Shown: positions 36,932 to 53,246 of the stretch, piece after piece
How the letters are laid out: each line of letters opens with the position of its first letter
How positions within the stretch are numbered: the stretch's first letter is position 1
Source: an uncultured Gemmatimonadaceae bacterium
GTDB lineage: Bacteria > Gemmatimonadota > Gemmatimonadetes > Gemmatimonadales > Gemmatimonadaceae
NCBI GenBank assembly: GCA_963843845.1
Contig: CAWJMB010000003.1
Location: 199,072 to 263,071 of the forward strand
Length of the DNA stretch: 64,000 nucleotides
Reading direction: 5' to 3'
The notes under the pieces: model-generated
What the model was told of the DNA's origin: nothing
The model's input: only the letters and a program-made list of their open reading frames with translations
Database searches by the model: none
Position numbers and translations under genes: made by a program

Positions 36932-37301
36932 GCCGCATGGCAGGGCACGTCGCGGGCCTCGGGGAGGCGGCGACGAAGACGACGTCGTCCGGCCGTTCGA
37001 AGGGGAGCCCGGCACGCTCGGCCGGTAGCGTGACACACGGCACGGGCCTCGGCTCGTCACGCCGAGCGCCCGTGTCGCGCGCGCACGCGTCGCGCCCGAC
37101 TCGCACCCGGGTCTGTGAGTCGCCGCCGGCGTCGATCAGGGCCGCGGTGATGTGCTGCGGCGTGTCGGGTCGCTTGCCCGCCCGGCGGAGCGCTGCCGAC
37201 GATGGGCGTGCCGGAGGGCGAGACGCGCTCCAGGCGTGCGTCGTACCGGCAGCGAGGACGACGAGGGACCCGCGCCCGCGTGCGGCGACTAGCTTTGCGG
37301 G

Positions 37302-38455
37302 ATGCCCACTCTCTCGCCCACGCTGCGGGCGCTGGTCGACACCGCGCGCGCCATCGCGACGACCGTCACGGCCGCCACGGCGGCCGACGACGACCGCGAC
37401 GCGCGCTGGCCGGCGGCGACCATGCGCGCCCTCGCCGACGCGCGGGTCACCGCACTCCAGGCGCGGGCCGCGGTCGGCGGCCACGGCGAGGGGATGGTCG
37501 GCCTCGTGGCCGTCGCCGAGGTGCTGGCGCAGGAGAGCGCGTCGGCGGCGCTCTGCTTCGCGATGCACTGCGTGGGGACCGCCGTGCTCGCCGCGAAGGC
37601 GACCGACGCGCAGCGCGACCGGTACCTCGTGCCGATCGCGCGCGGCGAGCACCTCACGACGCTGGCGATCAGCGAGCCCGGCTCGGGCGCGATCTTCTTC
37701 TATCCCGAGACCTCGCTCGAGCCGGCGGCGCCGGGGTTCCGGGTGAACGGCACGAAGAGCTTCGTCACGAATGGCTCGCACGCCGACTCGTACGTGGTGT
37801 CGGCCGCGGCCGGCGGGGACGAGCCGGACGGCACGTTCAGCTGCGTCGTCGTCGACCGGGACCAGCCGGGGCTCGAGTGGCTCGACGTCTGGCACGGGTT
37901 CGGCATGCGTGGCAACGACTCGCGCACGATGCGGCTCGCCGGGGTCGAGGTCCCGCACGAGAGCCTGCTCGGCGCGCAGGGTGACCAGCTCTGGTACGTG
38001 TTCGAGGTGATCGCGCCCTACTTCCTCATGGCGATGGCCGGGACGTACCTCGGCGTCGCGCAGGCGGCGTTCGACGAGGCGCGGCTGCACGTGGGCACGC
38101 GCCGCTACGGCCACTCGGGCGAGCTGCTCGGTCAGGCGCCCGTCGTGGCACACCGGCTCGGCGATCTCTGGGCCCGGCTCGAGGCCACGCGGCAGTTGAT
38201 CTACTCCGCGGCCGCGAAAGGGGACGCGGGCGCACCGGACGCGCTGCCGGCGATCCTGGCGTGCAAGGCGATGGCGGGCGACACGGCGGTACACCTCACG
38301 AACGAGGCGATGACGCTCTGCGGCGGGAGCGGGTATCGCGACAACGGTCGGCTCGGCCGCCTCCTCCGGGATGCGCGCGCGAGCCATGTGATGGCCCCGA
38401 CGACGGACATCCTGAAGACGTGGGTGGGACGCGCGCTGCTGAATCTGCCGCTGCT

Positions 38456-38459
<4 letters not shown>
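37302..38459 (+). CDS. Acyl-CoA dehydrogenase-fold flavoprotein
   Basis: TLAISEPGSG, NGTKSFVTNG, WHGFGMRGNDS, CGGSGY...RLLRDARASHVMAPTTD. Confidence 0.88.
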
Positions 38460-40957
<2,498 letters not shown>

Positions 40958-41008
40958 CGCCTGACGCCTCGCGCGGCTTGCCGTGAGGCGGGTCTCACGG
41001 GACCTTGC

Positions 41009-43198
<2,190 letters not shown>

Positions 43199-43277
43199 CA
43201 CCCGCCTGACACCCGGCCGGAGCGGGCGGCTCCGGGCATCACGACGCGCTCGAGGACGACGACGATGCGTGTCGTCC

Positions 43278-43736
43278 TCACAGTCTCGAGCGCGTTCGGG
43301 CGAGCACCCGGTCGAGGGCGTTGGCGAACGCCTGCTTGTCGCGCGGCCCGTAGGCGGCGTGCCCGCCGGTCTCCACGCCGGCGCCGCGCAGCCCGTCCAT
43401 GAAGTCGCGCACCGACAGGCGCTCGCCGATGCTCTCGCTCGTGTACTCCTCGCCGCGCGGGTCGATCACGGCGACGCGCTTGGGCACGAGGAGCGCGGCC
43501 AGGGGGATGTCGGCCGTCACGGCGACGTCGCCTGCCTCGGCGTGGTCCACGATGTAACGGTCGGCGGCGTCGGGCCCGCCCTCCACGCGCACGGCGGTGA
43601 CGTAGGCGTAGCCGGGCGGCAGCGGCACGCGCTGATTCGCCACGAGGACCGTCGCGAGCCGCAGCCGTTCGGCGGCGCGCAGACAGATGTCCTTCACGTC
43701 GCGCGGCGCCGCGTCGGCGTCGATCCAGAGCGTCAC
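43278..43736 (-). CDS. YaiI/YqxD (DUF188) family protein
   Basis: [37 protein letters not shown]. Confidence 0.9.
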   Translation of the reverse strand: MTLWIDADAAPRDVKDICLRAAERLRLATVLVANQRVPLPPGYAYVTAVRVEGGPDAADRYIVDHAEAGDVAVTADIPLAALLVPKRVAVIDPRGEEYTSESIGERLSVRDFMDGLRGAGVETGGHAAYGPRDKQAFANALDRVLARTRSRL

Positions 43737-43805
43737 GAGTGCATCACGGGAAGTATCTCAACGGTCGGAGGCTTCGCGACGCGACCTCTCGCGCGCGATC
43801 CGGGA

Positions 43806-44954
43806 TCAGCGTTCGGCGGGGCGCGATTGGCGGTGCCAGAGCGCCAGCACCTCGCGCTCGCGCTCGGGGGCGATGCCGGCGCGGAGCTGCGCCTTCCGCT
43901 CTTCCGGCTCGCGCTCGTAGAAGTCGAGCGTCGCCCGTACCGTGTCGGCGAAGGGGCGGAAGGTGAGACCTCTGGCGAGCGCGCGCGCGGTGCTCCGTCG
44001 CAGAAACCCCGCCGTCTGGCCGCGCGGCGGGATCCACACGGGCATGTCGCTCCACGGCCGCACCTGCTGCGCGGCGAGCGTGTCGGCGTCGACCCAGGTC
44101 AGCCGCACGTCGGAGGTCAGCGCGGCGCGGATGCCGCCCAGCATCTCACCGATCGTGAACGGCGAGCGCGGCCCGGTGACGTTGTAGATGCCGGTCGTGC
44201 CGTCCTCGGCGCACCGCACGATGAACTCCGCCAGGTCGCGCGCATCGATGATCTGCACCGGGTCGAGCGGGGTGCCGGGCGCGAGCACCTCGCCGCCGCG
44301 CTGCAACCGCGCCGGCCAGTAGGTGAAGCGGTCGGACAGGTCGCCGGGGCCGACGATGAGTCCCGGGCGGATGATCGTCGCGTGGCCCGGGAACGCCTTC
44401 TCCACTTCGCGCTCGGCGAGCGCCTTGAGCGGGCCGTAGAGCCGGCGCGCGTCCTCGCTCTCCGGCTCGGTCGTCGTCGCGAGCGGCGCCGTCTCGTCGG
44501 CGTCGGGGGTCGCGTTCGCCGCATACACGGAGATCGTCGACACGAACACATAGTGCCGCGCGTGCCCCGTGAGGGCCTCGGCGGCCTGGCGCACCCAGCG
44601 CGGGAGCGTCGTCGGGTTGTCGATGACGACGTCCCACTCGCGCCCCTGCAACGACTTGTAGTCGCCGACGGCGCGATCGCCCTGCAGCTTCTCGACGTTC
44701 GGGAAGAGCCCCGGGTTGGTCTGGCCGCGGTTGAACAGCGTGACGGTGTGGCCGCGCTCCATCGCGTAGCGCACCTGGTGCGGGCCGATGAACCCCGTGC
44801 CGCCGAGGATGAGGATGCGTTTCGGCGCGCCGCGGGTCGCGCTGGCGAGCGGCGCGCCGACGAGCGGCGCGCCGGCGAGCGACGCACGTGGATCGAGCAG
44901 CAGCGTGCCGCCGGCGAGTCCGGAGGCTCTGAGGAACGTGCGGCGAGTGATCAT
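43806..44954 (-). CDS. Tat-exported NAD-dependent epimerase/dehydratase-fold protein
   Basis: Tat motif TRRTFL; ILILGGTGFIG, FNRG, YGPLK, RPGLIVGP, DRFTYWP. Confidence 0.88.
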   Translation of the reverse strand: MITRRTFLRASGLAGGTLLLDPRASLAGAPLVGAPLASATRGAPKRILILGGTGFIGPHQVRYAMERGHTVTLFNRGQTNPGLFPNVEKLQGDRAVGDYKSLQGREWDVVIDNPTTLPRWVRQAAEALTGHARHYVFVSTISVYAANATPDADETAPLATTTEPESEDARRLYGPLKALAEREVEKAFPGHATIIRPGLIVGPGDLSDRFTYWPARLQRGGEVLAPGTPLDPVQIIDARDLAEFIVRCAEDGTTGIYNVTGPRSPFTIGEMLGGIRAALTSDVRLTWVDADTLAAQQVRPWSDMPVWIPPRGQTAGFLRRSTARALARGLTFRPFADTVRATLDFYEREPEERKAQLRAGIAPEREREVLALWHRQSRPAER

Positions 44955-46333
44955 GGCGACACCGGGAGCGGGAGCGAGGAAGCGACGACGAACTGCTGGC
45001 GCCGCTCGTGTGCGCGGCCGAGCCAGACGGCGAGCATCATCCACGCGAGCGAGACGGGCACGGCGACGAACGCGATGCGACTCAGGCCGAGCCCCATCGA
45101 CGCGAGTCCGGCGTACGTCCACGCCGAGAGCTGGTCGCCGCCTCGGTAGATGAACGTCTCGATGAAGCTCTTCGCCTTGTACTTGTCTTCGCGCGGCACG
45201 ACCGTGAACAGGGTCTCCATGGCCGGGTTCGTGAGCGAGAAGTTCGACGCGCGTCGCAGCACGGTGAACACCGTCAGCGTGGCGAACACGGGGAGCGCGC
45301 CGAGCACGCCGAAGCCGATCGCGGAGAGGAGCGGGAGGACCGCGAGCGTCGCCGTCAGCCCGATCCACCGGATGATGCGCGCCGTGAAGAACGTCTGCGT
45401 GACCACGGTGAGAATCTGTGCCGCGAGCTCGAGTTGGGCGAGCACCGCGGTGCGTGCGGCGCGGTCGGCGTAGGTGCGGCCGACGATGTCGCTCTGCTGG
45501 AAGTAGAGGAACGTCGAGCCGAGCGAGTAGAGCGCGAGGAACGCGGCGATGCCGAAGAGGTACGGCGAGCGAAAGACCCGCGTGAAGCCGCTCGTGATCC
45601 CGCCGCCGACCGCCGCGTCGTCGTCTGCCTCCGCCGGTGTGTCGCGGGTCGCGGTCGACTGGATCGCGTGCGTCGACTGCGACGCGTCCGCCGACGCGGG
45701 GTCTGGTGCGAGCCGCGGGAAGCGTGGAAAGCGCGCCGCACAGAGCACGGCGCCCTGCAGGAGCGCCGCCGAGACGAGGAGCAGGTTCACCGGCCCGAGC
45801 GTCCGGGCGAGCGTCGCCGTGAGCGCCGAGCCCGTGATCGAGCCGAGCGTCCCGCCGACGCCGATGACACCGAACAGGCGCTTCGCCTGATCGCTGCGAA
45901 AGGCGTCCGCCATCAGGCACCAGAAGATCGACGGCCCGAAGAAGGCCAGCACGCTCGTCCACACGTAGAACGTGCGCCCGCTCCACACGTCGGCCGGCGA
46001 GCCCGCCTGCGCCGCCGCGGCCCGCATGACGACGTAGAAGATCAGCAGGTTCGCCGCGAACAGCTCGAACATGATCGGCACGAAGCGGCGCGCCGGAAAG
46101 CGGACGACGAGCGCGGCGAACACCGGGTTGAACGCGAGCGTCGCGGCGAGCGTCCCGGCGAACAGCCACGGAAGCTGCTGCACCCCCGACGCGGCGGCGA
46201 CGGCGTCGCGGATCGGGCGGAGCACGAAGTACGCGCTGAGCACGAAGAAGAACAGCAGGAACGCGGCGACGGTCGCGGCGCGCTCGTCATCGCGGACGTC
46301 GACGCGTCGCCGGAGCGGGAGATCGAGGGGCAC
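44951..46333 (-). CDS. MFS transporter, ATP:ADP antiporter (AAA/NTT-like) family
   Basis: YFVLRPIRD, FYVW, FW..MADAF..QAKRLFG, LFTVVPREDKYKAKSFIETFIYRGGD. Confidence 0.85.
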   Translation of the reverse strand: MPLDLPLRRRVDVRDDERAATVAAFLLFFFVLSAYFVLRPIRDAVAAASGVQQLPWLFAGTLAATLAFNPVFAALVVRFPARRFVPIMFELFAANLLIFYVVMRAAAAQAGSPADVWSGRTFYVWTSVLAFFGPSIFWCLMADAFRSDQAKRLFGVIGVGGTLGSITGSALTATLARTLGPVNLLLVSAALLQGAVLCAARFPRFPRLAPDPASADASQSTHAIQSTATRDTPAEADDDAAVGGGITSGFTRVFRSPYLFGIAAFLALYSLGSTFLYFQQSDIVGRTYADRAARTAVLAQLELAAQILTVVTQTFFTARIIRWIGLTATLAVLPLLSAIGFGVLGALPVFATLTVFTVLRRASNFSLTNPAMETLFTVVPREDKYKAKSFIETFIYRGGDQLSAWTYAGLASMGLGLSRIAFVAVPVSLAWMMLAVWLGRAHERRQQFVVASSLPLPVSP

Positions 46334-46841
46334 GGAGCGCGGTCAGGGCACGCGGGAGGGCGGGCGGGGCGAGCGTCGGGGCGTCGGCGGCGGACGACCG
46401 ACTTCGCCGGCGCGCTCCGCGCCGAACGATACGTCTGGGCGCGGCCCGTGAGATAGTCGCGTGTCGCGCGCGAGGGGACAGCGCCGCTGTGCTGCGGTCG
46501 CGCCCTCGCGTCGCATCACCGGTCGACGAGTGGGTGCCGCACGACCTCGCCGACCAGTGTGTCGCCGCCGATCGTCACGTAGAGCTGCCCGTCCGTGACC
46601 GACAGGTCGAACGTCATCCGCCGGTGCAGCCACGCCGCGTCCGGAGCGCCCACGTCGATCCACGCGCGCAACGCGCCCGTGGGGTCGCGTGCGGCGAGCG
46701 GCGGCTCGTCGGGCTCGGTCGGCGCCGTCGCGTCGTCTCGCCGACCACCGGGACGCGGGTCGCCCGTGGCACGAACCGAGCGGAATCGCGGCGCCGGTCC
46801 CACAAGTGGTCTCACCACCCGCCAGCCCAGCGAGGAGCACG

Positions 46842-47138
46842 ATGACGGAGACGACGGACGACCGGTATTTCCACGTCTACGTGCGGTGTCGCCCGCGAGC
46901 CTTCCGGGAGCGCGACCTGCGTCAGCTGATCGAGCACATCGACGAGTGTGCGCGCGACATGCGCACCGACTTGCTCGACGCGTGTCAGTGCCGGGGGCAG
47001 CACGCGGCCGACGCCGAAGCGGAAACGGCCGCCTGCCTCGAAGCATGCATCCCCGTCTGGCGCGCGCAGCTGCGCCGGGCGTGCTGGACGCTGCGACTCC
47101 CCATGCCCGAGGTGTGGGTCGCGGGCATCCGGATCTGA
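46842..47138 (+). CDS. Small Cys-rich hypothetical protein
   Basis: GAGGAG RBS before the ATG at 46842; 98 aa with 7 Cys; no family recognised. Confidence 0.5.
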   Translation: MTETTDDRYFHVYVRCRPRAFRERDLRQLIEHIDECARDMRTDLLDACQCRGQHAADAEAETAACLEACIPVWRAQLRRACWTLRLPMPEVWVAGIRI

Positions 47139-47504
47139 TGTGAGGGATCGCGTCGTCGCGTGAGGCCGCGGGGTGACGCTCGTCCGGACGACACAGCGCC
47201 TTCCGTCGACGCGCGCAATGTGCTCGGCGCCGCCCGTCCGCGCCGCCCGTCGGCGCCGCCCGGACGCTTCGGGGAGCTACGCGAGCACCTCGCCAGCGTC
47301 CCCGGTCTCACCCGTCGGCCTCCGCCGACCTCCGCGGGCGCGTCGTCGCTGGCTCGACCCGTGCCTGTCGCGGCGGGGAGGTCGCGTGCTCCCGCGGCGG
47401 CACGCGCCCGCTCGAGCGCGCAACGGGGGAACGTCGGCCGGGCGGCGTCACGGAGGACGCGTCACCGAGGACAGCGAAGGGATCCAACCCGAGGGCCACG
47501 TCTG

Positions 47505-48068
47505 ATGCACACCACTCGTCGACCTGTGGCGCGCGCGCTCGCCGTCGCGACGCTGCTCGCGCTCGTCGCCGCGTGCCATCGCGGCCGCGAAGCCGGCGCG
47601 GACAGTACCGGCGTCCCGGCTGCCCCCATGAACCCGGAGCCGGCACAGAACGCGTACGCCCCCGCGCTCGGCGTCGACCTCTCGACGTTCACCACGCTGC
47701 CGAGCGGAGTGCTGTACCGGGACAAGACGGTCGGCACCGGGGCCGAGGCGGCGTACAACACGCGCGTGCGCGTGCACTACACCGGCTGGCTCCCGACCGG
47801 CAGGCAGTTCGACAGCAGCCGCGAGCGCGGCGAACGCGATGAACGCGGCACGCCATTCGAGTTCGTCATCGGCGCGCGCGAAGTGATCCGCGGCTGGGAG
47901 GAGGGCATCACCGGCATGAAGGTCGGGGGCCGGCGCACACTGGTGGTGCCCGCCGTGCTGGGCTACGGCCGGCGCGGCTCCCCGCCCGACGTCCCGCCCA
48001 ACGCGGTGCTCGTCTTCGACGTGGAGCTGCTGGGCGTGAACGCACCCAACGCACCCGACGCACCCTGA
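47505..48068 (+). CDS. FKBP-type peptidyl-prolyl isomerase lipoprotein
   Basis: Lipobox VAAC; VHYTGWL..G..FDSS, VIRGWEEG..GMKVGGRR, LGYG, PNAVLVFDVELL. Confidence 0.92.
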   Translation: MHTTRRPVARALAVATLLALVAACHRGREAGADSTGVPAAPMNPEPAQNAYAPALGVDLSTFTTLPSGVLYRDKTVGTGAEAAYNTRVRVHYTGWLPTGRQFDSSRERGERDERGTPFEFVIGAREVIRGWEEGITGMKVGGRRTLVVPAVLGYGRRGSPPDVPPNAVLVFDVELLGVNAPNAPDAP

Positions 48069-48405
48069 ACCGTCCCAGCATCCCCGGAGGCGCACCGAGT
48101 TGCGTGGGGGCAGCGTTGATGGTGCGACTGCGTCGCGGTGGCGCGGGTGTCGCGCCCGGCGCTCATGGCGTCACCAGAACTCGCACGCGGCCGGCCGTGC
48201 GCGCTGCGCGCCGGGGCAGCGGCGTGTCCGCGCGGGTCACGTGCGGGCGACTCGCGCGCCGGCCGAGCGCCCGCTCGCCCTCGGCGCGAAACGCGTGGCG
48301 GAACGCGAGGCGGGTTGGTGCGCCGGCGACGCCAATCAGCCGGCGGTGTCGCGTTAGGCATCGACCTGCACGACCGGGTCGGCCCGATCGAACCGTGGGC
48401 ACGTC

Positions 48406-49018
48406 TACGAGGGGTTCGAGAAGGTGTGGGAGAGGCTCCGGCCCGAGACGCCGGACCACCGCGCGGATCGGGCCGCGCGCGTGCAGGCCGTGGCCGACCC
48501 CGCGGTGGACATGGTGAGGTTCGAGAAGGCGCGCGTGCGCTGCGCCATTCGCCCTGACTTCATACGCTCGGCCGAGATCGTGGTGATCTCCCTGGGCACT
48601 CTGGTCGGGGCGCCGATGCTCCGGCAGGTCGTGGCGCTGGCGGCGGTCGGGATCGGGGTCACGGTGCTCGTGTACGGGGTCGTCGCCGGGCTCGTGACGC
48701 TCGACGACCTGGGGCTGCGACTGCAGCCGGCCGGCCCGGGCGGCCTACGGTACGCGGTCGGAACGCCCTCCTGCGCGGCACCCCCTTGGGTGATGAAGAC
48801 GCTCTCGGTCCTCGGCACGGTGGCCATGTTCCTCGTGGGCGGCGGCATCCTCGCGCACGGGATCCCGCCGATCGAGCAGCTGCTGCACGGGCTGGGCGGG
48901 GCGGTACGCGCGGCGGCCGACGGGGCGGTCGGGCGTCGCGGCCGGCGCCGTGGCGGCCGGCGTGGTCCACATGGCGCAGGCGCTGCGCGGCCGGCGACAC
49001 GACCCGGCAGCCGGCTGA
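48406..49018 (+). pseudogene. 5'-truncated DUF808/YedI-like inner membrane protein remnant
   Basis: YEGFEKV..., DFIRSAEIVVISLG, TVLVYGVVAGLVTLDDLGL, MKTLSVLGTVAMFLVGGGILAHG. The usual N-terminal portion is not recognisable upstream. Confidence 0.6.
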
Positions 49019-49142
49019 GGAGCTGGCCTCACGGTCCTGCGCGGGGGCCGCGCGCCTCCGGCCCTCCGGCCCTCCGGCCTCGCTTGCGCCCTCGCTACCA
49101 GACCGTAGCATCCGTCGTCGGCCTACTTCTCATGGGGAGCTC

Positions 49143-52100
49143 ATGACGTACTCATCCCGGTGTGCGTGCCACGCGGCGTCGCGCCTCGTCCAGGCGGTGT
49201 CGCGCCTCGTCCAGGCGGTCTCGCTCCGTGCCGCCATCACGTGCGCCGCAATGGTCGGGGCGTCCGCCGCAGTGGCCCAGCCCCTGCCGCGCCTCGAGCC
49301 CATCAAGTTCGCGCGGTTCGCGCACGTCGCGAACGACGGCACCGTCGCCTTCACCTACCAGGACGACGTCTGGCTGGCCGACGCCGACGGCAGCAACCCG
49401 CGCCGGCTCACCGTGCACATGGGCGCGCGACGTCGCCCCGCGCTTCTCGCCCGACGGGCAGTGGGTCGCGTTCACGAGCAACCGGATGGGGAACAACGAC
49501 GTCTACGTCGTCTCGGTGCGGGGCGGGGAACCGCGTCAGCTCACGTACCATTCGGGCGACGACCAGGCGCTCTACTGGACCCCGGACGGACGGGAGGTCG
49601 TCTTCACGAGCGCGCGCTCGACGAACCCGTGGGCGTCGCCGCTCTACCGCGTGGCGCTCGACGGCACCGTGCCCGTCCCCATGGGCACCGCGGGCGCACG
49701 CGCCGGGATGATCAAGCAGGACGCGACCATGGTCGCCTACAATCGCGTGCTGCCGACCTACTGGCGCAAGGGCTACCGGGGGAACGCGAGCGGCGACATC
49801 GCGGTGCAGAACCTCAGGTCGGGCGAGGTGGCCGAGATCACCGACACCGACATCCGGCAGTTCCGCGGGCACGTGAACGACGTGCACCCGATGTGGGGCG
49901 CCGACGGGATGATCTACTTCGCGTCCGAGCGCGACGGGACGTTCAACCTCTGGCGCGCCGCGCCCACGGGCGGCCAGCCGCAGCAGGTCACCCGCCACAA
50001 GGACGACGGCGTCCAGTTCCCCGCCATCTCCCCCGACGGCCGCCGCATCATCTACGAGAACGAGTTCGACCTCTGGACGCTCGACGTCCCGGGCGGGCAG
50101 CCGCGCAAGCTCAGCATCGCGATGGCGCTCGACCCGAAGGACAACGACATCGAGGTGCTGACCGCCGCGAGCCGTGCCGACGGCTTCGCCGTCTCGCCGA
50201 CAGGCGACTACCTCGCCGTCGACTTCCACGGTGAGATCGTCATCGTGCCGACCGAGGAGGGCGTGGGAGAGAAGACACAGGTGACGCACTCGCCGTGGCG
50301 CGAGCGCGCGCAGCTGTACTCGCCGGACGGGCGGCGCATCGCGTACGTCTCGGACGAGTCGGGGGAGGAGGAGGTCTGGGTGTACGACCTCGCCACCGGC
50401 ACGAAGCGCAAGCTCACGACGCACGAGTCGGTCAAGGCAGATCTGACGTGGGCGCCGAACGGTCAGAAGCTCGCCTACACCGCCGCCAACCGCCTCTTCG
50501 AGGTCGACGCAGGGCCGGGCGCCGCAGGCGGGACGCCACGCGAGCTCGCCCACAACCCGGCCGGCGGCCACACCATCTCGCAGTATTCGGCCGACGGCAA
50601 CTGGATCGTGTACACGCGCCGCGACGACGATCAGAACGCCGACGTCTACCTGTTCGACGTGCGCGCGCGGAAGGAGTACAACGTCACGAGGAACCCGTTC
50701 CAGGACGTGAACGGCCGGCTGACGCCCGACGGCAAGTCGATCGTCTTCACGTCCACGCGCGACGGCGGCGTGCCGCACCTGTTCGTGGCGTCGCTCGCCC
50801 GCGCGACCGAGGACCCGAACGACCCGCTCGTGCGCGAGCGGCTGCGGCGCGCGCAGCAGCGGACCGCGGGCGCGACGCCCGGCGCGGCGCCTAACGCGAC
50901 GCGCGCGGACAGCGCGCGCGCCGGTGCCGCCGACAGCCTGGCGCTCCGCGTCGACGAGGAGGGGATCGCGCGGCGCGCGGTGCAGCTGACGCGCGGCACG
51001 AGCGGCGCCGGCGCCTTCTTCCTGTCGCGCGACGGGCGCACGATCTACTTCACGTCGGGCGGCGGTGCGGGCGGCGGCGGTCAGTCGGGTGCCGACGGCG
51101 ACGACAACCCGGACAGCGGGCTGTTCGCGATCGGCATCGACGGTCGCGACCGCCGTCGGATCGCCGCGGGCGCATTCCCCGGGATGACGCCGACGATGGA
51201 CCGCCGCGCGATCTTCTTCCGCCGCATGCCGCGCGGCGCGGGCGAGGACGGGTCCGGCGGCTCGACGACCGCGGGTGCAGAGATCTACAAGCTCACGCTC
51301 CCCGGCGGCGGGGCCGTCGGCGGCGCGGCTGGCGGCGCGGGCGCCGGGGCGCCCGCGCCGGCCGGGGCCGCGCGCGGCGCGGGGGAGCGCGTGAGCTTCA
51401 CGTTCCCGGTGCGCGTCGACCGACGGGCCGAGTGGAACCAGCTGTTCGAGGAGTCGTGGCGGGTGATGAAGTACCGCTTCTACGACGAGAAGATGCACGG
51501 GCGCGACTGGGCCGCGATCAAGGCGCGCTACAAGCCGCTGCTCAAGTACGTGGGGACCAACGAGGACGTCTACGACCTCGCGAACGAGATGATCGGCGAG
51601 CTGAACGCGTCGCACACGGGGGTGAGCGGCCCGCCGACCCGCCAGATGCCGCGCGCCTACCAGACGCGCTTCCTCGGCTTCGAGATGGAGCCCGTCGACG
51701 GGCGCTACCGCGTGTCGCACGTCTACCGCGACGGGCCGGCGGACAAGGAATGGCTCGACATCCGGGTCGGCGACTACGTGCTCGCCATCGACGGCCAGGC
51801 GCTCAAGGCCGGCGACAACTACTGGAAGACGCTCAGCCAGACGCTGAACGAGTACGTCCCCGTGCGCCTCGCGCGCTCGGCGTCGGGCGAGGGCGCGCGC
51901 ACCGTGCGCATCGCGAGCGTCACGTCACTCACCGACATCAAGTACGAGGAGTGGGTCGCCGAGCGGCGCGCGATCGTCGAGAAGGAGTCCAACGGCGAGC
52001 TCGCGTACGTCCACATCCGCTCGATGAACCAGCCGTCGCTCGCGCGCTTCCGCAACGAGATCGATCAGTTCGCGAACAGAAAGGCATCGTCGTCGACATC

Positions 52101-52601
52101 CGCTTCAACGGCGGCGGCAACATCGACCAGGAGCTGATCGACATCCTCGAGCGCCGCCCCTATCAGTACTGGAACCAGCGCACCGGCTCGCGCACGTGGG
52201 GGCGCCGCCCGCGCCAGGCGATCGCGGGACCGAAGGTGATGCTCATCAACCACCGCTCCGGCTCCGACAGCGAGGTGACCCCGATGGGCTTCCGCCAGCT
52301 CGAGCTCGGCCGGATCGTCGGCAACCCGACGGCCGCAGCGGTGATCGCGACCGGGAGCTACGCACTGATCAACGGCGGCGCGATCCGCACGCCCGGCTCG
52401 CTCGTCGTGACCTACGATCCGACGAAGCCCAACAACTACGGCGTCAACCTCGAGAACTACGGTGTCGCGCCGGACGTCTGGGCGGAGAACACACCGGCCG
52501 ACGAGATCAAGCAGTTCGACCGTGAGCTGAAGGCGGCGATCGACGAAGCGATGCGCATGCTGCGCGAGTCGCGGGCACGGATGACGAGCGGGCGGCCCTG
52601 A
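49143..52601 (+). CDS. Tricorn-like S41 protease (PD40 propellers, PDZ, S41; apparent frameshifts near 49420 and 52080)
   Basis: AFTYQDDVW, PRFSPDGQWVAF, EMIGELNASH, YVHIRSM, DIRFNGGG, SGSDSE, ENYGVAPD. Confidence 0.9.
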
Positions 52602-52688
52602 GCGTGTGGGGCCTGTGCACCGCGCCACGCTCTGCGGTGCCGGGTCACCTCGGGCTCGTACAGGCCGATCACCCGACGGCGTGCACGC

Positions 52689-53246
52689 CTACCCGCGAGC
52701 GACCCAGAGAAAGGCCGCGCCCATCAGGAGCGCGATCAGTATGAGCGCGACGACGACGAGTCGCACGACGCACCCGCCGAGTGACGAGACGCCGGCGCGG
52801 ACGACTTCGGCGACGGGGCCGGTGATGGGGCCGGTGACGGGGCCGGTGCCGCCGTCGCGCGTCGGCGGCGGCACGGCGGTGACATCCCAGACGTCGGGAG
52901 CGCCGCGCTCCACGGGCTCCCGGTCGATGCGGTCGACGCGGTCGATGCGGTCGACGCGGTCGACGCGGTCGACGCTGGCGCGGTGGTCGGCACTCGTCGT
53001 GCGCGGAGGCGGTCGGTGTGAACGCGGCGTCGGTGACACGAGCGGCGGACGCTCTCGTGGCGCCTCGGGCGCCGGATCGCGGACGAGCGTGGCGCCGCAC
53101 TCCGGACAGCGCGGGGCGACCAGCCACCTGCCCGGGGTGTGGTTGCCGCAGAAGTACCGAACGTTCGCCTCGTGACACGCGTCGCACTCGCCAGCGGTGT
53201 CCTGCGGCGTGCCGCACTGCGGGCAGCGGAAGACGACCGTGCTCAC
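52689..53246 (-). CDS. Multi-CxxC zinc-ribbon protein with C-terminal transmembrane helix
   Basis: GTG start overlapping the phosphatase stop; CPQC...CDAC...CGNH...CPEC; low-complexity linker; terminal TM LVVVALILIALLMGAAFLWVARG. Confidence 0.72.
   Translation of the reverse strand: MSTVVFRCPQCGTPQDTAGECDACHEANVRYFCGNHTPGRWLVAPRCPECGATLVRDPAPEAPRERPPLVSPTPRSHRPPPRTTSADHRASVDRVDRVDRIDRVDRIDREPVERGAPDVWDVTAVPPPTRDGGTGPVTGPITGPVAEVVRAGVSSLGGCVVRLVVVALILIALLMGAAFLWVARG
52919..52975 (-). repeat. 9-bp tandem repeat encoding VDR/IDR x6
   Basis: cggtcgatg / cggtcgacg units on the plus strand; protein reads VDRVDRVDRIDRVDRIDR. Confidence 0.75.
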
